In this document: positions 28,591 through 38,538 of the stretch, piece after piece
Layout: every line of letters starts with the position of its first letter
Numbering within the stretch: position 1 is the stretch's first letter
NCBI GenBank assembly: GCA_030765145.1
Contig: JAVCDA010000060.1
Location: 1 to 61,693, forward strand
Length of the DNA: 61,693 bases
DNA from: Candidatus Saelkia tenebricola
GTDB lineage: Bacteria > Omnitrophota > Gorgyraeia > Kaelpiales > Kaelpiaceae
Direction of reading: 5' to 3'
The notes under the pieces: generated by a model
Told to the model about the DNA's origin: nothing
What the model saw: only the letters and a program-made list of their open reading frames with translations
The model's database searches: none
Program-made: the position numbers and the translations under genes

Positions 28591-29531
28591 AACAAAGAGT
28601 AAAAATATTAAAGATTTTAACCAAAGGCAATTTTGTGTCAGGTCAATATATTGCCGATGCGTGCAACATTAGCAGAATTGCTGTTTGGAAACATATAAAT
28701 CACCTTATTTCTAAGGGAGTGAAAATAAAAACTCATCCTAATAAAGGTTATGAATTTATAAGTTTCGGGAATAGGCTTATCCCGGAAATAATAAGGTTGT
28801 ATTTAGGCCCAGAAAAGTTTGTTAAAGAAATTGTATATTTTGATGAAGTTGATTCTACTAATAATGTTGCCAAGAAGATCTTAAAAGAGGGAAGTTTAAT
28901 CGTTGCTGAACAGCAGAAAAAAGGTAAAGGGCGATCTGGAAAAATATGGAAGTCTGAAAAGTATAAAGATATATTATTTTCTTTAATCATTTCCCCGTAT
29001 TTACCGTATTATTATTTGCCAATTTTTAATATTATAGGCGCACTTTCTGTAGCTCTTGCTTTAAATAAATCGTTTAAAGGTGTTAAGGCGAAAGTTAAAT
29101 GGCCTAACGATGTCTTGATCAATGGCAAAAAGATTTCGGGGGTGCTTGTCGAGTTGTTCGCAGAGGTTGATTTAATTGAAAAGTTGATTATTGGAATAGG
29201 GGTTGATATAAATTCTAAGCCTAAATTATCAAACGCAACTTCTTTAATCACGATACTTAAGGATGAAAAATTAGATAGGGCAAAACTTCTTGTACAGATA
29301 ATTTCTGAGTTGAATAAATTATATGAAATGGCTAAAAGGAATAATTTAAAACAGATTCAAAAAATATGGAATAAAAATTCTTTGGATTATAAACGTAAGG
29401 TTAAAATTGTCCAAAATGGTAATATTATAACAGGTCTGTCTCAGGGGATAGATAATTGTGGAAATTTGATTATTAGAAAGGGCAGGAAGGAAATCTCGGT
29501 TTATCCTACGAGCTCTCTTAAGATTATTTAA
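28572..29531 (+). CDS. birA: Bifunctional biotin-[acetyl-CoA-carboxylase] ligase / biotin operon repressor
   Basis: N-terminal wHTH (ILKILTKGNFVSGQYIADACNISRIAVWKHINHL), the biotin motif KGKGRSGKIW, and KWPNDVLINGKKISGVLVE. I chose the ATG at 28572 rather than the TTG extension at 28551. Confidence 0.85.
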   Translation: MQEKGIKQRVKILKILTKGNFVSGQYIADACNISRIAVWKHINHLISKGVKIKTHPNKGYEFISFGNRLIPEIIRLYLGPEKFVKEIVYFDEVDSTNNVAKKILKEGSLIVAEQQKKGKGRSGKIWKSEKYKDILFSLIISPYLPYYYLPIFNIIGALSVALALNKSFKGVKAKVKWPNDVLINGKKISGVLVELFAEVDLIEKLIIGIGVDINSKPKLSNATSLITILKDEKLDRAKLLVQIISELNKLYEMAKRNNLKQIQKIWNKNSLDYKRKVKIVQNGNIITGLSQGIDNCGNLIIRKGRKEISVYPTSSLKII

Positions 29532-30797
29532 TTAAGGATGTTTTTGACAGTCAGTTTCAGTGCATTCTTGAGGTTCGTAATATATATCGACACATCTATT
29601 AATCAGTTTCATAATATCAAGCATATTGTTAGAACCTACCTTTAAATCCAGATTGTTCCAGCGTATGTCTACCATATCGTTTCTGGTTTCTGAATCAGGG
29701 AATTCAGTATATAATCCCGGATTGTCTACTAAAGGCTGAATATCAGTTATAAAATTATATTTTAAATGCAGCCAGACAAGATTCGTAAGGTTTTTAAGAG
29801 GAGTGATATTGTTTATTAAGTTTACGTTAAGATTAAGGTCTGTTAAATCTGCAAGGTTCTCTATGGGTGTAATGTCTCTTATTTTGTTATGACATAGATT
29901 TAGATCAACCAGATTGAATAGCTTCTCCAGAGGTTTTATATTAGATATTAAATTGTCGCTGAGATTAAGTTCGACCAAATTGGTAAGGTTTGCCAGGGGC
30001 AAGATATCAGATATCTGGTTTGAAGAAGCCTTTAAATAGGTAAGGTTAGAAAGATTCTGCAATGGGTGTAAGCTTTTTATTTTTTCCGCATCTTCTTCAA
30101 CTCCGCAGTAATTTCGATGGTCAGAAGGTATTTTCGGTAAGCGGGGAAATTTATTATCGCTGATATCCAGTTCAATCAAGTTATTAAAAATAGGTTTGCT
30201 TGATTCTGTAACTACTCCTAAAGGTGTTATATCCGTTATCATATTGCCATTAAGGTATAATTCGGTTAAATTGCTAAGGTTGGAATCAGCAAGCGCTGTT
30301 ATATCTTTTATCAAATTATAGGATGCACGGAGTATTGTTAAATTGGGCAGGTTTGCAATTACTCTGATATCTCTTATCTGATTATAGCTTATATTGACTT
30401 CGTTTAAATTAATAAGGTTTCCAAGAGGTGTTATATCTGTTATTTGGTTGTTGGTAAGATCTAAATTTCTAAGATTGGTTGCATATTCTAAACCTGTTAT
30501 ATCATGAATGCCACAAGAGGAGAGGTCTAATTCTGTCAATTGTTGCATATCGGAATAAGTGATAAACTCACCCTTTTCTTTCCCTAGTTTAGCTCTTATA
30601 GAATCTTGTAATCTTTGATCAGGAATATAGGTAGAGCTATTGTAGTTAGAATTAAGGTTGGCTATAGCAATTGGCCCTGAAGATGTTGTTCCAACTGGGG
30701 CTTCAGCTTCACCAAAATCTGTAGGTGATCCAAATCCGTATGCATTAGAAATAATTAATATTATCGCAAAAGTTAAATTTACTATAAAAATTTTCAT
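29532..30797 (-). CDS. Secreted leucine-rich repeat protein (internalin-like 22-residue LRRs)
   Basis: Signal peptide, then about 12 repeats of LxxLxxLxLxxNxIxDIxPLxxLxN (for example LTNLVELNLSDNLISNIKPLEKLFNLVDLNLCHNKIRDITPIENL). The C-terminus is Cys-containing. Its stop codon directly abuts the birA stop. Confidence 0.8.
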   Translation of the reverse strand: MKIFIVNLTFAIILIISNAYGFGSPTDFGEAEAPVGTTSSGPIAIANLNSNYNSSTYIPDQRLQDSIRAKLGKEKGEFITYSDMQQLTELDLSSCGIHDITGLEYATNLRNLDLTNNQITDITPLGNLINLNEVNISYNQIRDIRVIANLPNLTILRASYNLIKDITALADSNLSNLTELYLNGNMITDITPLGVVTESSKPIFNNLIELDISDNKFPRLPKIPSDHRNYCGVEEDAEKIKSLHPLQNLSNLTYLKASSNQISDILPLANLTNLVELNLSDNLISNIKPLEKLFNLVDLNLCHNKIRDITPIENLADLTDLNLNVNLINNITPLKNLTNLVWLHLKYNFITDIQPLVDNPGLYTEFPDSETRNDMVDIRWNNLDLKVGSNNMLDIMKLINRCVDIYYEPQECTETDCQKHP

Positions 30798-30978
30798 TTT
30801 TTCTCCGGATTATACCTTCTTTCCTTGTATATACCACATACAGTAGGATATGGCAAATCGGGGAAAATTTTTTAAAAAATGGTACATTAGGTAAATATTT
30901 AACTTTATCGATTAAATATGGTATATTTACAATATAAGCGGGGGATGGAGGCATTATCAGTTATATAAAAATTTTAAA

Positions 30979-31848
30979 ATGAAAAAATATATCGGTTTAT
31001 TGATGATTTTCCAATTTCTGGTTTCAATTCCTGTTTTTGATAGTTTTTTTATTTATAGAAGAACACATTCAGTGATAGATCCCAGACTCCAGAAAGTAAA
31101 GAGCTTAATCAGCAGTTACGTACCTTCTATGCCTAATGCCCATATGGTGTTAATTGAGGTGAGGAAATTAATGACTGAAATAGGAATGGATAGGGATGGA
31201 GATGATTTACGCAAAGAAACTATTTTCTTTTTTGTAGATAGGATAAAAAATGAAAGCTATGGTTATAAACGAAATATCTGTATAGATGCATTAAGGATTC
31301 TTTTTCACCACCTTAGTTCTGATGAGAGATATGCTGTTATAGCTTATTTGGATGGTAATGAGCCTGCTTTGGGAGTGATTGTGCCCAGACTCAATAGAAT
31401 TGAAATAACTGCTATAGAGCAAGCCATATTAAGTCAGGCTGCTTTATTTCTTGCTCAATCTATTAAGTTTTCTGAAATAGAAGACTTAGGGAAAATATTG
31501 GTCAATCTTAAACCTGAAATTCAGGCTCAAGCTATCACAGAAGTGATGCATAATTTAGTTGATTATGAGGAAAGCGTAATTGATGTTTTAGGAGTATTTA
31601 CAGAAATTGACCAGCGAAGCAAAGAAGAACTGGCTGATACGATTAAAAATTGTATTATATCTAATCTTGAGAACTTACATCCGGAATCAAAGGATGCGCT
31701 TTATGATATTGTCAATAATATGCTTATGAATACAGATGAGCTTATACGTAGTGTTGGAATTGAAGTTGGCAATTTATTGATTTATTATCTTAATGATTCA
31801 GTTAAGCAGAAGCAATTAAGGTTGACCATCAGCCTGGTGGAACAATAA
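30979..31848 (+). CDS. Hypothetical alpha-helical protein with N-terminal signal/anchor
   Basis: 289-aa ORF with coherent codon usage, no competing frame and no motif I recognise. Confidence 0.5.
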   Translation: MKKYIGLLMIFQFLVSIPVFDSFFIYRRTHSVIDPRLQKVKSLISSYVPSMPNAHMVLIEVRKLMTEIGMDRDGDDLRKETIFFFVDRIKNESYGYKRNICIDALRILFHHLSSDERYAVIAYLDGNEPALGVIVPRLNRIEITAIEQAILSQAALFLAQSIKFSEIEDLGKILVNLKPEIQAQAITEVMHNLVDYEESVIDVLGVFTEIDQRSKEELADTIKNCIISNLENLHPESKDALYDIVNNMLMNTDELIRSVGIEVGNLLIYYLNDSVKQKQLRLTISLVEQ

Positions 31849-31935
31849 TCCTAAGCATATAGTGTCAGTATTTGTATCTCCCTTTTATTTTTTTCACTTG
31901 TTTTTGTTTACCATTTAAATATAATAGTTAACACT

Positions 31936-33270
31936 ATGTTTATTTCGTTTTTTTGCTTCTTTGTACTGTTTGTTTTTATTGTTTTACAAAAGAAAAGTGT
32001 ACAAAAAGAGGATATTTTTTATCTGGCAGGAGGGAATACTTCTTCCCTCCTGCTTTCAATGACGCTTTTAGCTACTATTCTTGGAGCATCATCAACTATC
32101 GGTCTTATAGGTTTAGCATATCGAGTTGGGTTGCCGGGGAGCTTATGGCTTATTATAGGCTCAATTGGGCTTTTTATGCTGGCACTGATATATCAAAAGT
32201 ATGTTTTTCCTATAAAGATTTTTACCCTACCTGAGTTTTTTGGTGCAACCTATGGTAGAAATGTAAAAAAAATTACAAGTATTATCATAGTTATAGCTTG
32301 GACAGGCGTTATTTCAGCACAGATTTTGGCAATGGGTAAAATTTTTGAGATCTTTTTCCCTTCCTATGCGTCTACTGAGATATTACTTTTTTCGACTTTT
32401 ATTTTGATTCTCTATACAGCAGCAGGAGGCCAAAGTGCTGTAATTTTCACTGATTCTTTGCAACTTATCTTTCTTCTTATAGGTATTGTAGGTATAAATT
32501 TCACATTGTTTCTTAATCCCGGTTTTGTTGTTTCTTCTATCAACCCTGAATACCTGCGATTTCCCTTAAATGATTATTTTTCTCTTACAGATTTAATCTA
32601 TTTTTTGATAGTTTTAGGTTCGGCTTACTTAATTGGTCCTGATATTCATTCCAGATTATTCTGTGCATCTAGCCTAAAGATAAGAAAAAAGGCGCTTAGG
32701 ATTTCGGCTTTTTTATTAATACCGATAGGGTTTTTAATCTCTTTAATAGGTGTACTTTCACACCATAGGTTTGGATCTATTATGCCTGATCAAGTGTTAC
32801 CGTTACTCATTAATGAGGCTGTTAATTTCAAGCCCTTGAAATATTTATTTTTGCTTGCTCTGGTTTCGGCTCTTTTCTCTTCGGCTGATACTTGCCTTTT
32901 AACTTCTTCTACAATATTGATTCGGGATATATTTAATTTAAGAAAGAAAAAAGCCATACTATTTACTCGTTGGAGTATATTTTTTATCGGATTCTTGGCA
33001 TATTTTTTAAGTATTTATTTCAACCAGATAATTAAAGTGTTACTGGCCTCATATTCTATTTATGCAAGCGGACTTCTTTTGCCCTTTCTTTTAATACCGT
33101 TTAAAGAAAAGCTAAAGATAGCAAATGAAGCAGTATTTTTTGGTATCCTAATGGCAGGGGGAACAGCTTTAGTTTCCAATATATTTGAATTTAGACTTGG
33201 AATATATTTATCTTATCTGCTGAGTGTAGGGGGGATTTTTTTAATTTCTTACTTAAAAAGAAGCAAGTGA
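31936..33270 (+). CDS. Sodium:solute symporter family (SSF) transporter
   Basis: About 12-13 TM segments. YLAGGNTSSLLLSMTLLATILGASSTIGLIGLAYRVG and TLPEFFGATYG match the SSF N-terminal signature. Confidence 0.65.
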   Translation: MFISFFCFFVLFVFIVLQKKSVQKEDIFYLAGGNTSSLLLSMTLLATILGASSTIGLIGLAYRVGLPGSLWLIIGSIGLFMLALIYQKYVFPIKIFTLPEFFGATYGRNVKKITSIIIVIAWTGVISAQILAMGKIFEIFFPSYASTEILLFSTFILILYTAAGGQSAVIFTDSLQLIFLLIGIVGINFTLFLNPGFVVSSINPEYLRFPLNDYFSLTDLIYFLIVLGSAYLIGPDIHSRLFCASSLKIRKKALRISAFLLIPIGFLISLIGVLSHHRFGSIMPDQVLPLLINEAVNFKPLKYLFLLALVSALFSSADTCLLTSSTILIRDIFNLRKKKAILFTRWSIFFIGFLAYFLSIYFNQIIKVLLASYSIYASGLLLPFLLIPFKEKLKIANEAVFFGILMAGGTALVSNIFEFRLGIYLSYLLSVGGIFLISYLKRSK

Positions 33271-35045
33271 AGATTAGAATTATACTTTTTCTGATTTTAT
33301 TAAGCGCCCAGGTTTCTATAGCAGAAGAAGTTGTAGATTTGGGAGAAATCCGGCTTAATGAGAGTTTTGAGTATCTTGAGGGAATGGGGTTCGGCAATAT
33401 CGAGGTTATAGATAAAAATGATTTAGATGCCAAGGGATTTTTGTTCCCAACTGAGATAATAGGAGAAGTTGCCGGAGTTGATTTGAAAATGAGGGGGAGA
33501 TTTGGTATTCAGCAGGATTTACATATTAGAGGAATGGGGTTTGAGCAAAATGTTGTAATGGTAGATGGGGTAAGTTTAAATGATCCTCAGGCGGGACATT
33601 TTAATTTAGATTTACCGCTCGCTGTTAGCGATTTAGATAAGGTTGAAATAATGCGCGGGGGAAGTTCCTCCTTATACGGATCCAATGCTATGGGCGGGAC
33701 AGTGAATTTTATAACAGCCAGTCCTGTAAAAGATGTTTTTAAATTCAAAACCCTGTATGGACAGAAGCAGCTGCATTTAATAAATCTCTCAATGGATAAA
33801 ATAAATGATCTTTTAAGTTTTCATGTCGGGTTCGAAAAGTCTTCTGCCAGCTCCTATAGGCCTGAGACTGATTTTAAAACAAAGAGTTTTTTCTCCAAAT
33901 GGATTTTTAACGAATTACATGGTTTCCCTGAAATAATGATTGCCCAAAATAAAAAAGATTTTGGGGCTAGTTCTTTTTATTCATCCAATTATTCTCGCCA
34001 GGAGGAACATACCAAAACAAGGTTGTATATGCTGAATTTTGAATTTCAGGACGGAAATAGAAGCTTTTCACCAAAATTCTATTACCGCAGGCACTGGGAT
34101 AAATTTATTCTGGATAGAGCAAGGCCTGATTGGTTTAAAAACATCCATATCAATCATCTAATGGGTTTTAAACTTCCTTTTGGAGTAAATATAGGCAGAG
34201 CAAGACTAAATTTAGGAGCGGAATATTCTTATCAGGATATTAAGAGTACAAATTTAGGCAATCATTCTCGGGATAACATAGCTTTATTTTGCTCTTTAGC
34301 AGGTCCTTACCTCGAGCGGTTTAATTATGATTTAAGTTTAAGAGTAGATGATTATAGTGATTATAATCCGGAAATCAGTCCGGGTTTGTTTTTGGGGTAT
34401 AGCATAAGCAATAAAGAAAACATTTTTTTATCAGTTCAGAGGAATTATCGGGTACCCAGTTTTACGGAACTCTATTACTTAAGTCCGGCGAATGTGGGAA
34501 ATTCTGATTTGATGACTGAAGAATGTCTGAATTTTGAGGTGGGTTATAAAAAAGAGAACAAGGTGTGTTCTTATGGGGTTTCTGTTTTCAAGATGTTTGG
34601 ATACGATCTAATTGACTGGGTAAAAGACTCAGTGCCTGATGCCTGGAATGCTAATAATGTCTCTTATTCTAAAACCGATGGATTAGAGGTCTGGTTTGAA
34701 TGGAAAGGGGGGAAACTGACCTATGGTTATTTGGACAAGAATTATAAAAGCAATGCGGAGTTTAGTAAGTATATAGCAAACTATCAGGAACATGAATTTG
34801 TTTTTTCTCGAAGCATTGATTTTAAAAAGGTAATGTTAAATTTTAATGCAAGCTATCAGGAATCACCTAAAAGAAGCGGTTTCTTTAATATCGATTTATA
34901 TCTTGAGAAAAACTGGAGTATTAAGGATTATTCTATGGATTTGTTTTTGGGAGTATCTAATTTGACTAATTCCAATCAAGCGGATATCGAAGGAGTAAAA
35001 CTCCCCGGCCGTTGGATTTATTCAGGAATAGAAGTTGCGTTTTAA
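33267..35045 (+). CDS. TonB-dependent outer membrane receptor (short, BtuB-sized)
   Basis: Signal peptide, plug domain (IRGMGFEQNVVMVDGVSLNDPQ.., VEIMRGGSSSLYGSNAMGGTVNFIT), and a beta-barrel ending ..YSGIEVAF. The GTG start overlaps the symporter stop. Confidence 0.85.
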   Translation: MKIRIILFLILLSAQVSIAEEVVDLGEIRLNESFEYLEGMGFGNIEVIDKNDLDAKGFLFPTEIIGEVAGVDLKMRGRFGIQQDLHIRGMGFEQNVVMVDGVSLNDPQAGHFNLDLPLAVSDLDKVEIMRGGSSSLYGSNAMGGTVNFITASPVKDVFKFKTLYGQKQLHLINLSMDKINDLLSFHVGFEKSSASSYRPETDFKTKSFFSKWIFNELHGFPEIMIAQNKKDFGASSFYSSNYSRQEEHTKTRLYMLNFEFQDGNRSFSPKFYYRRHWDKFILDRARPDWFKNIHINHLMGFKLPFGVNIGRARLNLGAEYSYQDIKSTNLGNHSRDNIALFCSLAGPYLERFNYDLSLRVDDYSDYNPEISPGLFLGYSISNKENIFLSVQRNYRVPSFTELYYLSPANVGNSDLMTEECLNFEVGYKKENKVCSYGVSVFKMFGYDLIDWVKDSVPDAWNANNVSYSKTDGLEVWFEWKGGKLTYGYLDKNYKSNAEFSKYIANYQEHEFVFSRSIDFKKVMLNFNASYQESPKRSGFFNIDLYLEKNWSIKDYSMDLFLGVSNLTNSNQADIEGVKLPGRWIYSGIEVAF

Positions 35046-35226
35046 CCTGCTTATTTCATAAGATATACAAAATAGCAACAATGCGGGTTACCCCAATCCC
35101 AAAATTAAACCGTGTAACGATTTAATTTATCGGTCTTTCAGGCGAATATTCCATACTGTATATGAAATATTCGGGTTAAGATATTTAGTACTCTTAACTG
35201 GATTGAAATTGAAGTATAATAACTAA

Positions 35227-36210
35227 ATGGCTTGGGATGATTTTTTAGGACAGGATAAAGCGAGTACTTTACTGCAGGCATTCATTAATTCAGGAAGAAT
35301 TCCTACTGCACTAATATTTTCGGGTGTAAACGGGGTTGGGAAGTTCTCTTTAGCCAAAGAATTTGCCAAATCTTGTAACTGTATAGAGGCTAAATCAGCT
35401 CCTTGTGATAAGTGTGTGAATTGTCTTGGAATAGATAAAGAAACTCATCCGGATTTGTTTATCATCAGGCCTTTAGGTAAAGCAAATGAGATTACAATTG
35501 ATATGATTAGAGAGTTGCAGAGATTCTTAAACCTTTCGCCTCAAATAGCGGACAGGAAATTCTTTATCATAGATAGTGCTGATAGAATGAATATTGAATC
35601 AAGCAATGCTTTTCTTAAGAGTCTCGAAGAGCCTCCGTTGGATTCTGTTGTAATCTTAGTTTCATCTAACTCAAATAGTCTGCTTCCTACGATTAAATCC
35701 CGCTGTCAAATGGTGAAGTTTCATCCGCTAAGAAAAGATGTTATTAAGACTATATTGGAGGAAAAATTAAACTTAGAGAGCATAAGAGCAGATTATTTAG
35801 CAGGAATATCTCAAGGCAGTATGGCTATTGCATTGAAATTTAAGGATTTAGATGCTTCAAAAATAGTTAATACAATGTCTTCTTTTTTGCGTCCTGCTGA
35901 ATTTTTAAAATCAAAAGGTATGGAGTTGTATGAGCAGAGAGGGGTTTTGAAGGAAAAGATAGAATATCTGATATTTTTTCTTAGAGATATTTTGTATTTG
36001 AATGCAGATGCCCCAGAACTTGTTATGTTAGCCAAAAATAATGGTATATCTACAGATAGATCGAAAAATACGAAAGATATTATTGCAAAAATTGAAAAAC
36101 TGGAGTATCTTTACAATGCATTGGATTCCAATGTCAGTTCTGAGTTGGTATATAAAATTATCAGAACAATATGGCAGGAGGTAAGTGTTTATAATGAAGT
36201 ATTCAGTTAA
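35227..36210 (+). CDS. holB: DNA polymerase III delta' subunit
   Basis: GRIPTALIFSGVNGVGKFSLAKEFAK, a Cys-rich zinc module (C..C..C..C), FIIDSADRMN, SNAFLKSLEEPP, TIKSRCQ. Confidence 0.8.
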   Translation: MAWDDFLGQDKASTLLQAFINSGRIPTALIFSGVNGVGKFSLAKEFAKSCNCIEAKSAPCDKCVNCLGIDKETHPDLFIIRPLGKANEITIDMIRELQRFLNLSPQIADRKFFIIDSADRMNIESSNAFLKSLEEPPLDSVVILVSSNSNSLLPTIKSRCQMVKFHPLRKDVIKTILEEKLNLESIRADYLAGISQGSMAIALKFKDLDASKIVNTMSSFLRPAEFLKSKGMELYEQRGVLKEKIEYLIFFLRDILYLNADAPELVMLAKNNGISTDRSKNTKDIIAKIEKLEYLYNALDSNVSSELVYKIIRTIWQEVSVYNEVFS

Positions 36211-36994
36211 TGTTAAACTGCGGGAATCAGGCAATGTTATGCCGGCTTTCTTGGAAGATTTGTTGCTACAGGCAGGTGATATAGTTATTTTAGAGGTTGA
36301 TAGGGGGTATGATTATGGTGAGATTATTTCTGATTCTCAGGAAGTAAAAGAAGAAGATCTTAAAGGGGTTTTTAAAATAATAAGAGAAGCAACGAAAGAA
36401 GATTTCTTGCAGATAAAGAGGAATGAGAGAAAAGCTCGCGGTGCTGTAAGGATATTCGAGAGAAGAGTTAAACAGCATAAATTAGACATGAAACTTGTGG
36501 ATGCTGAGTATTCTTTTGACCGCACGAAAATAACTTTTTATTTTACTGCTGAAGAGAGAATAGATTTTAGGTCTTTAGTTCGTGATTTAGCCAAAGTTTT
36601 TAAAACCCGTATCGAATTAAGACAGATTGGTGTAAGAGATGAAGCAAAGATTTTAGGTGGTTATGGGATTTGCGGCAGGCCTTTATGCTGCGCTACATTT
36701 TTAAAAACTTTTAACCCAGTAACAGTTAAATTTGCCAAGGAACAGAATCTTCCCATGAATCCAAGTAAGATATCGGGAGTTTGCAGCAGGCTTATGTGCT
36801 GCTTGGGTTATGAGAAAAAATTCTATGATACAATGCTTAAAATTATGCCTAAAGTTGGAGATAAAATAGATCTAGAAGACGGAAAGGCAAAGATCGTTGA
36901 TGTAAACTTTTTAACCAAAATTGTCAGAGTTGAATATGAGGATGGAAGGATTAAGAAAATAGATTATAATGATAAAGTAAAAAGTGGTAAGTAA
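36194..36994 (+). CDS. ricT: PSP1 domain protein (RicT/YaaT-like)
   Basis: DRGYDYGEI.., KITFYFTAEERIDFRSLVRDLAKVFKTRIELRQIG.RDEAK, GICGRPLCC..F. It follows holB, as is typical. The start is ATG 36194 or GTG 36185. Confidence 0.8.
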   Translation: MKYSVNVKLRESGNVMPAFLEDLLLQAGDIVILEVDRGYDYGEIISDSQEVKEEDLKGVFKIIREATKEDFLQIKRNERKARGAVRIFERRVKQHKLDMKLVDAEYSFDRTKITFYFTAEERIDFRSLVRDLAKVFKTRIELRQIGVRDEAKILGGYGICGRPLCCATFLKTFNPVTVKFAKEQNLPMNPSKISGVCSRLMCCLGYEKKFYDTMLKIMPKVGDKIDLEDGKAKIVDVNFLTKIVRVEYEDGRIKKIDYNDKVKSGK

Positions 36995-38537
36995 AAGATT
37001 TTATATTACAACACCTTTATATTATGTTAATGGTTCACCGCACATAGGGCATTCGTATACCAATATCGCGGCTGATGTTCTTGCGCGTTATAGGAAAATG
37101 TGCGGGGATGATGTGTATTTTCTGACTGGGACAGATGAGCATGGTCAAAAGATTGAAAAAGCAGCAGCTGCTACAGGACATAGCGATGTTAAAAAATTTT
37201 GCGATTTTGTAGTTGATCAATTTGTTCAATTATGGAAGATGTTGAATATCTCCCACGACGATTTTATCCGTACAACAGATTCCAGGCATAAAGAAGCTGT
37301 AAAGAATATTCTTTCTATACTTTATGATAAGGGTGAAATTTATGAATCTAATTATGAAGGGTGGTATTGTACGCCTTGTGAGACATTTTGGATAGAATCA
37401 CAATTGGAAGAAAAATTGTGTCCTGATTGCCAAAGACCAGTAGAACATATAAGTGAGAAGAACTATTTTCTAAAAGTTTCAAAATACAGGGATTGGCTAA
37501 GAGATTACATTAAAAAAAATCCTGGATTTATTTTACCTCGGACACGTTTTAATGAAATAAGTTCTTTCTTAGAAACTCCTTTGAATGATTTATGTATTTC
37601 AAGGCCCAGTGCGCGAGTTTCCTGGGGGATACCTATTCCGTTTGATCAAAATTATGTAACATATGTTTGGTTTGAAGCATTACTTAATTACATAACTGCT
37701 CCCGGATTTTCAGAAGATAAAGATAAGTTTAATACGATATGGCCTGCTGATGTGCATTTTATGGCCAAAGATATTTTGCGTTATCATGCCGTGTATTGGC
37801 CGATTATGTTGCATATGCTGGGATTGGAACTTCCTAAAATAGTATTTTCTCACGGTTGGTGGCTTCTTGAGAAATCCGAAGGCTCTTTGGATAAAATGTC
37901 GAAGTCGAAGGGGAATGTTATTGATCCACGAGTTATAGCTGAACAGTATTCTGTAGATGCCTTAAGATATTTTTTGCTTAGAGAAGTTTCTTTTGGCTCA
38001 GACGGTTGTTTTTCAGAGCCGGCATTTATAAAAAGGATTAATTCAGATTTAGCTAATGATTTTGGTAATCTTATTTACAGAACTTTAAATATGCTCATAA
38101 AGTATTATCAAGGTAATATACCCTCAAGCGAGAGAGCTCGTGAAAATTGTGATGAAGTATTTAAAAAAAATGTTCAAGAATTAGATGAAAAAGTTGCTAG
38201 AGCTTTTGGTGTTTTAGATTATCAAACGGTGCTGATTGAGATCTGGGAATTAATTAAAAGTGCTAATAAATATATCGAAAATAAAGCTCCCTGGAAGCTG
38301 CAGAATGAAAATAAAGAAGAGCTTGATTTTGTAATGTATAATTTATCAGAAGTTTTAAGGATTATACTTCTTGCTCTTGCTCCTTTTATCCCGGATTCTG
38401 CTCAGAAAGCCTGGAGGTTGTTAGGATATAAAGACCAAATCCAGTCTCATAGCTACAAAGAAGTATCTCATTGGGGGGGTGTATCTTTTAATCAAAAGGT
38501 TGATAAGGGGGAGCCTCTCTTCCCAAGGATTGAGTAG
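36984..38537 (+). CDS. metG: Methionyl-tRNA synthetase
   Basis: HIGH motif (GSPHIGHSYT), zinc knuckle (CTPCE..CPDC), KMSKS motif (DKMSKSKGN). Confidence 0.95.
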   Translation: MVSKRFYITTPLYYVNGSPHIGHSYTNIAADVLARYRKMCGDDVYFLTGTDEHGQKIEKAAAATGHSDVKKFCDFVVDQFVQLWKMLNISHDDFIRTTDSRHKEAVKNILSILYDKGEIYESNYEGWYCTPCETFWIESQLEEKLCPDCQRPVEHISEKNYFLKVSKYRDWLRDYIKKNPGFILPRTRFNEISSFLETPLNDLCISRPSARVSWGIPIPFDQNYVTYVWFEALLNYITAPGFSEDKDKFNTIWPADVHFMAKDILRYHAVYWPIMLHMLGLELPKIVFSHGWWLLEKSEGSLDKMSKSKGNVIDPRVIAEQYSVDALRYFLLREVSFGSDGCFSEPAFIKRINSDLANDFGNLIYRTLNMLIKYYQGNIPSSERARENCDEVFKKNVQELDEKVARAFGVLDYQTVLIEIWELIKSANKYIENKAPWKLQNENKEELDFVMYNLSEVLRIILLALAPFIPDSAQKAWRLLGYKDQIQSHSYKEVSHWGGVSFNQKVDKGEPLFPRIE

Positions 38538-38538
38538 A

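Noticed and set aside
31849-31935. Possible riboswitches or leaders upstream of the symporter/TBDR operon, thiL or metG.
   Set aside because: thiL and metG have no upstream spacer because their starts overlap the preceding genes. The 87-nt region before the symporter shows no B12, TPP or other riboswitch core that I can recognise by eye. A covariance-model scan would be needed to be certain.
35143-35197. Two adjacent hairpins between the TonB-dependent receptor and holB: GAATATTCCATA/TATGAAATATTC with one mismatch, and GTTAAGA-N10-TCTTAAC.
   Set aside because: They are AT-rich, have no following U-run, and I recognise no riboswitch or ncRNA consensus. They may be a weak terminator or chance palindromes in AT-rich DNA.
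38479-38538. N-terminal extensions suggested by the longest-ORF track: 38479 for TatD, 28551 for BirA, 36185 for RicT and 12109 for SpoVG.
   Set aside because: The extensions overlap the preceding gene and add residues absent from family N-termini. Internal starts (38539, 28572, 36194, 12118) restore canonical N-termini and/or sensible SD spacing.
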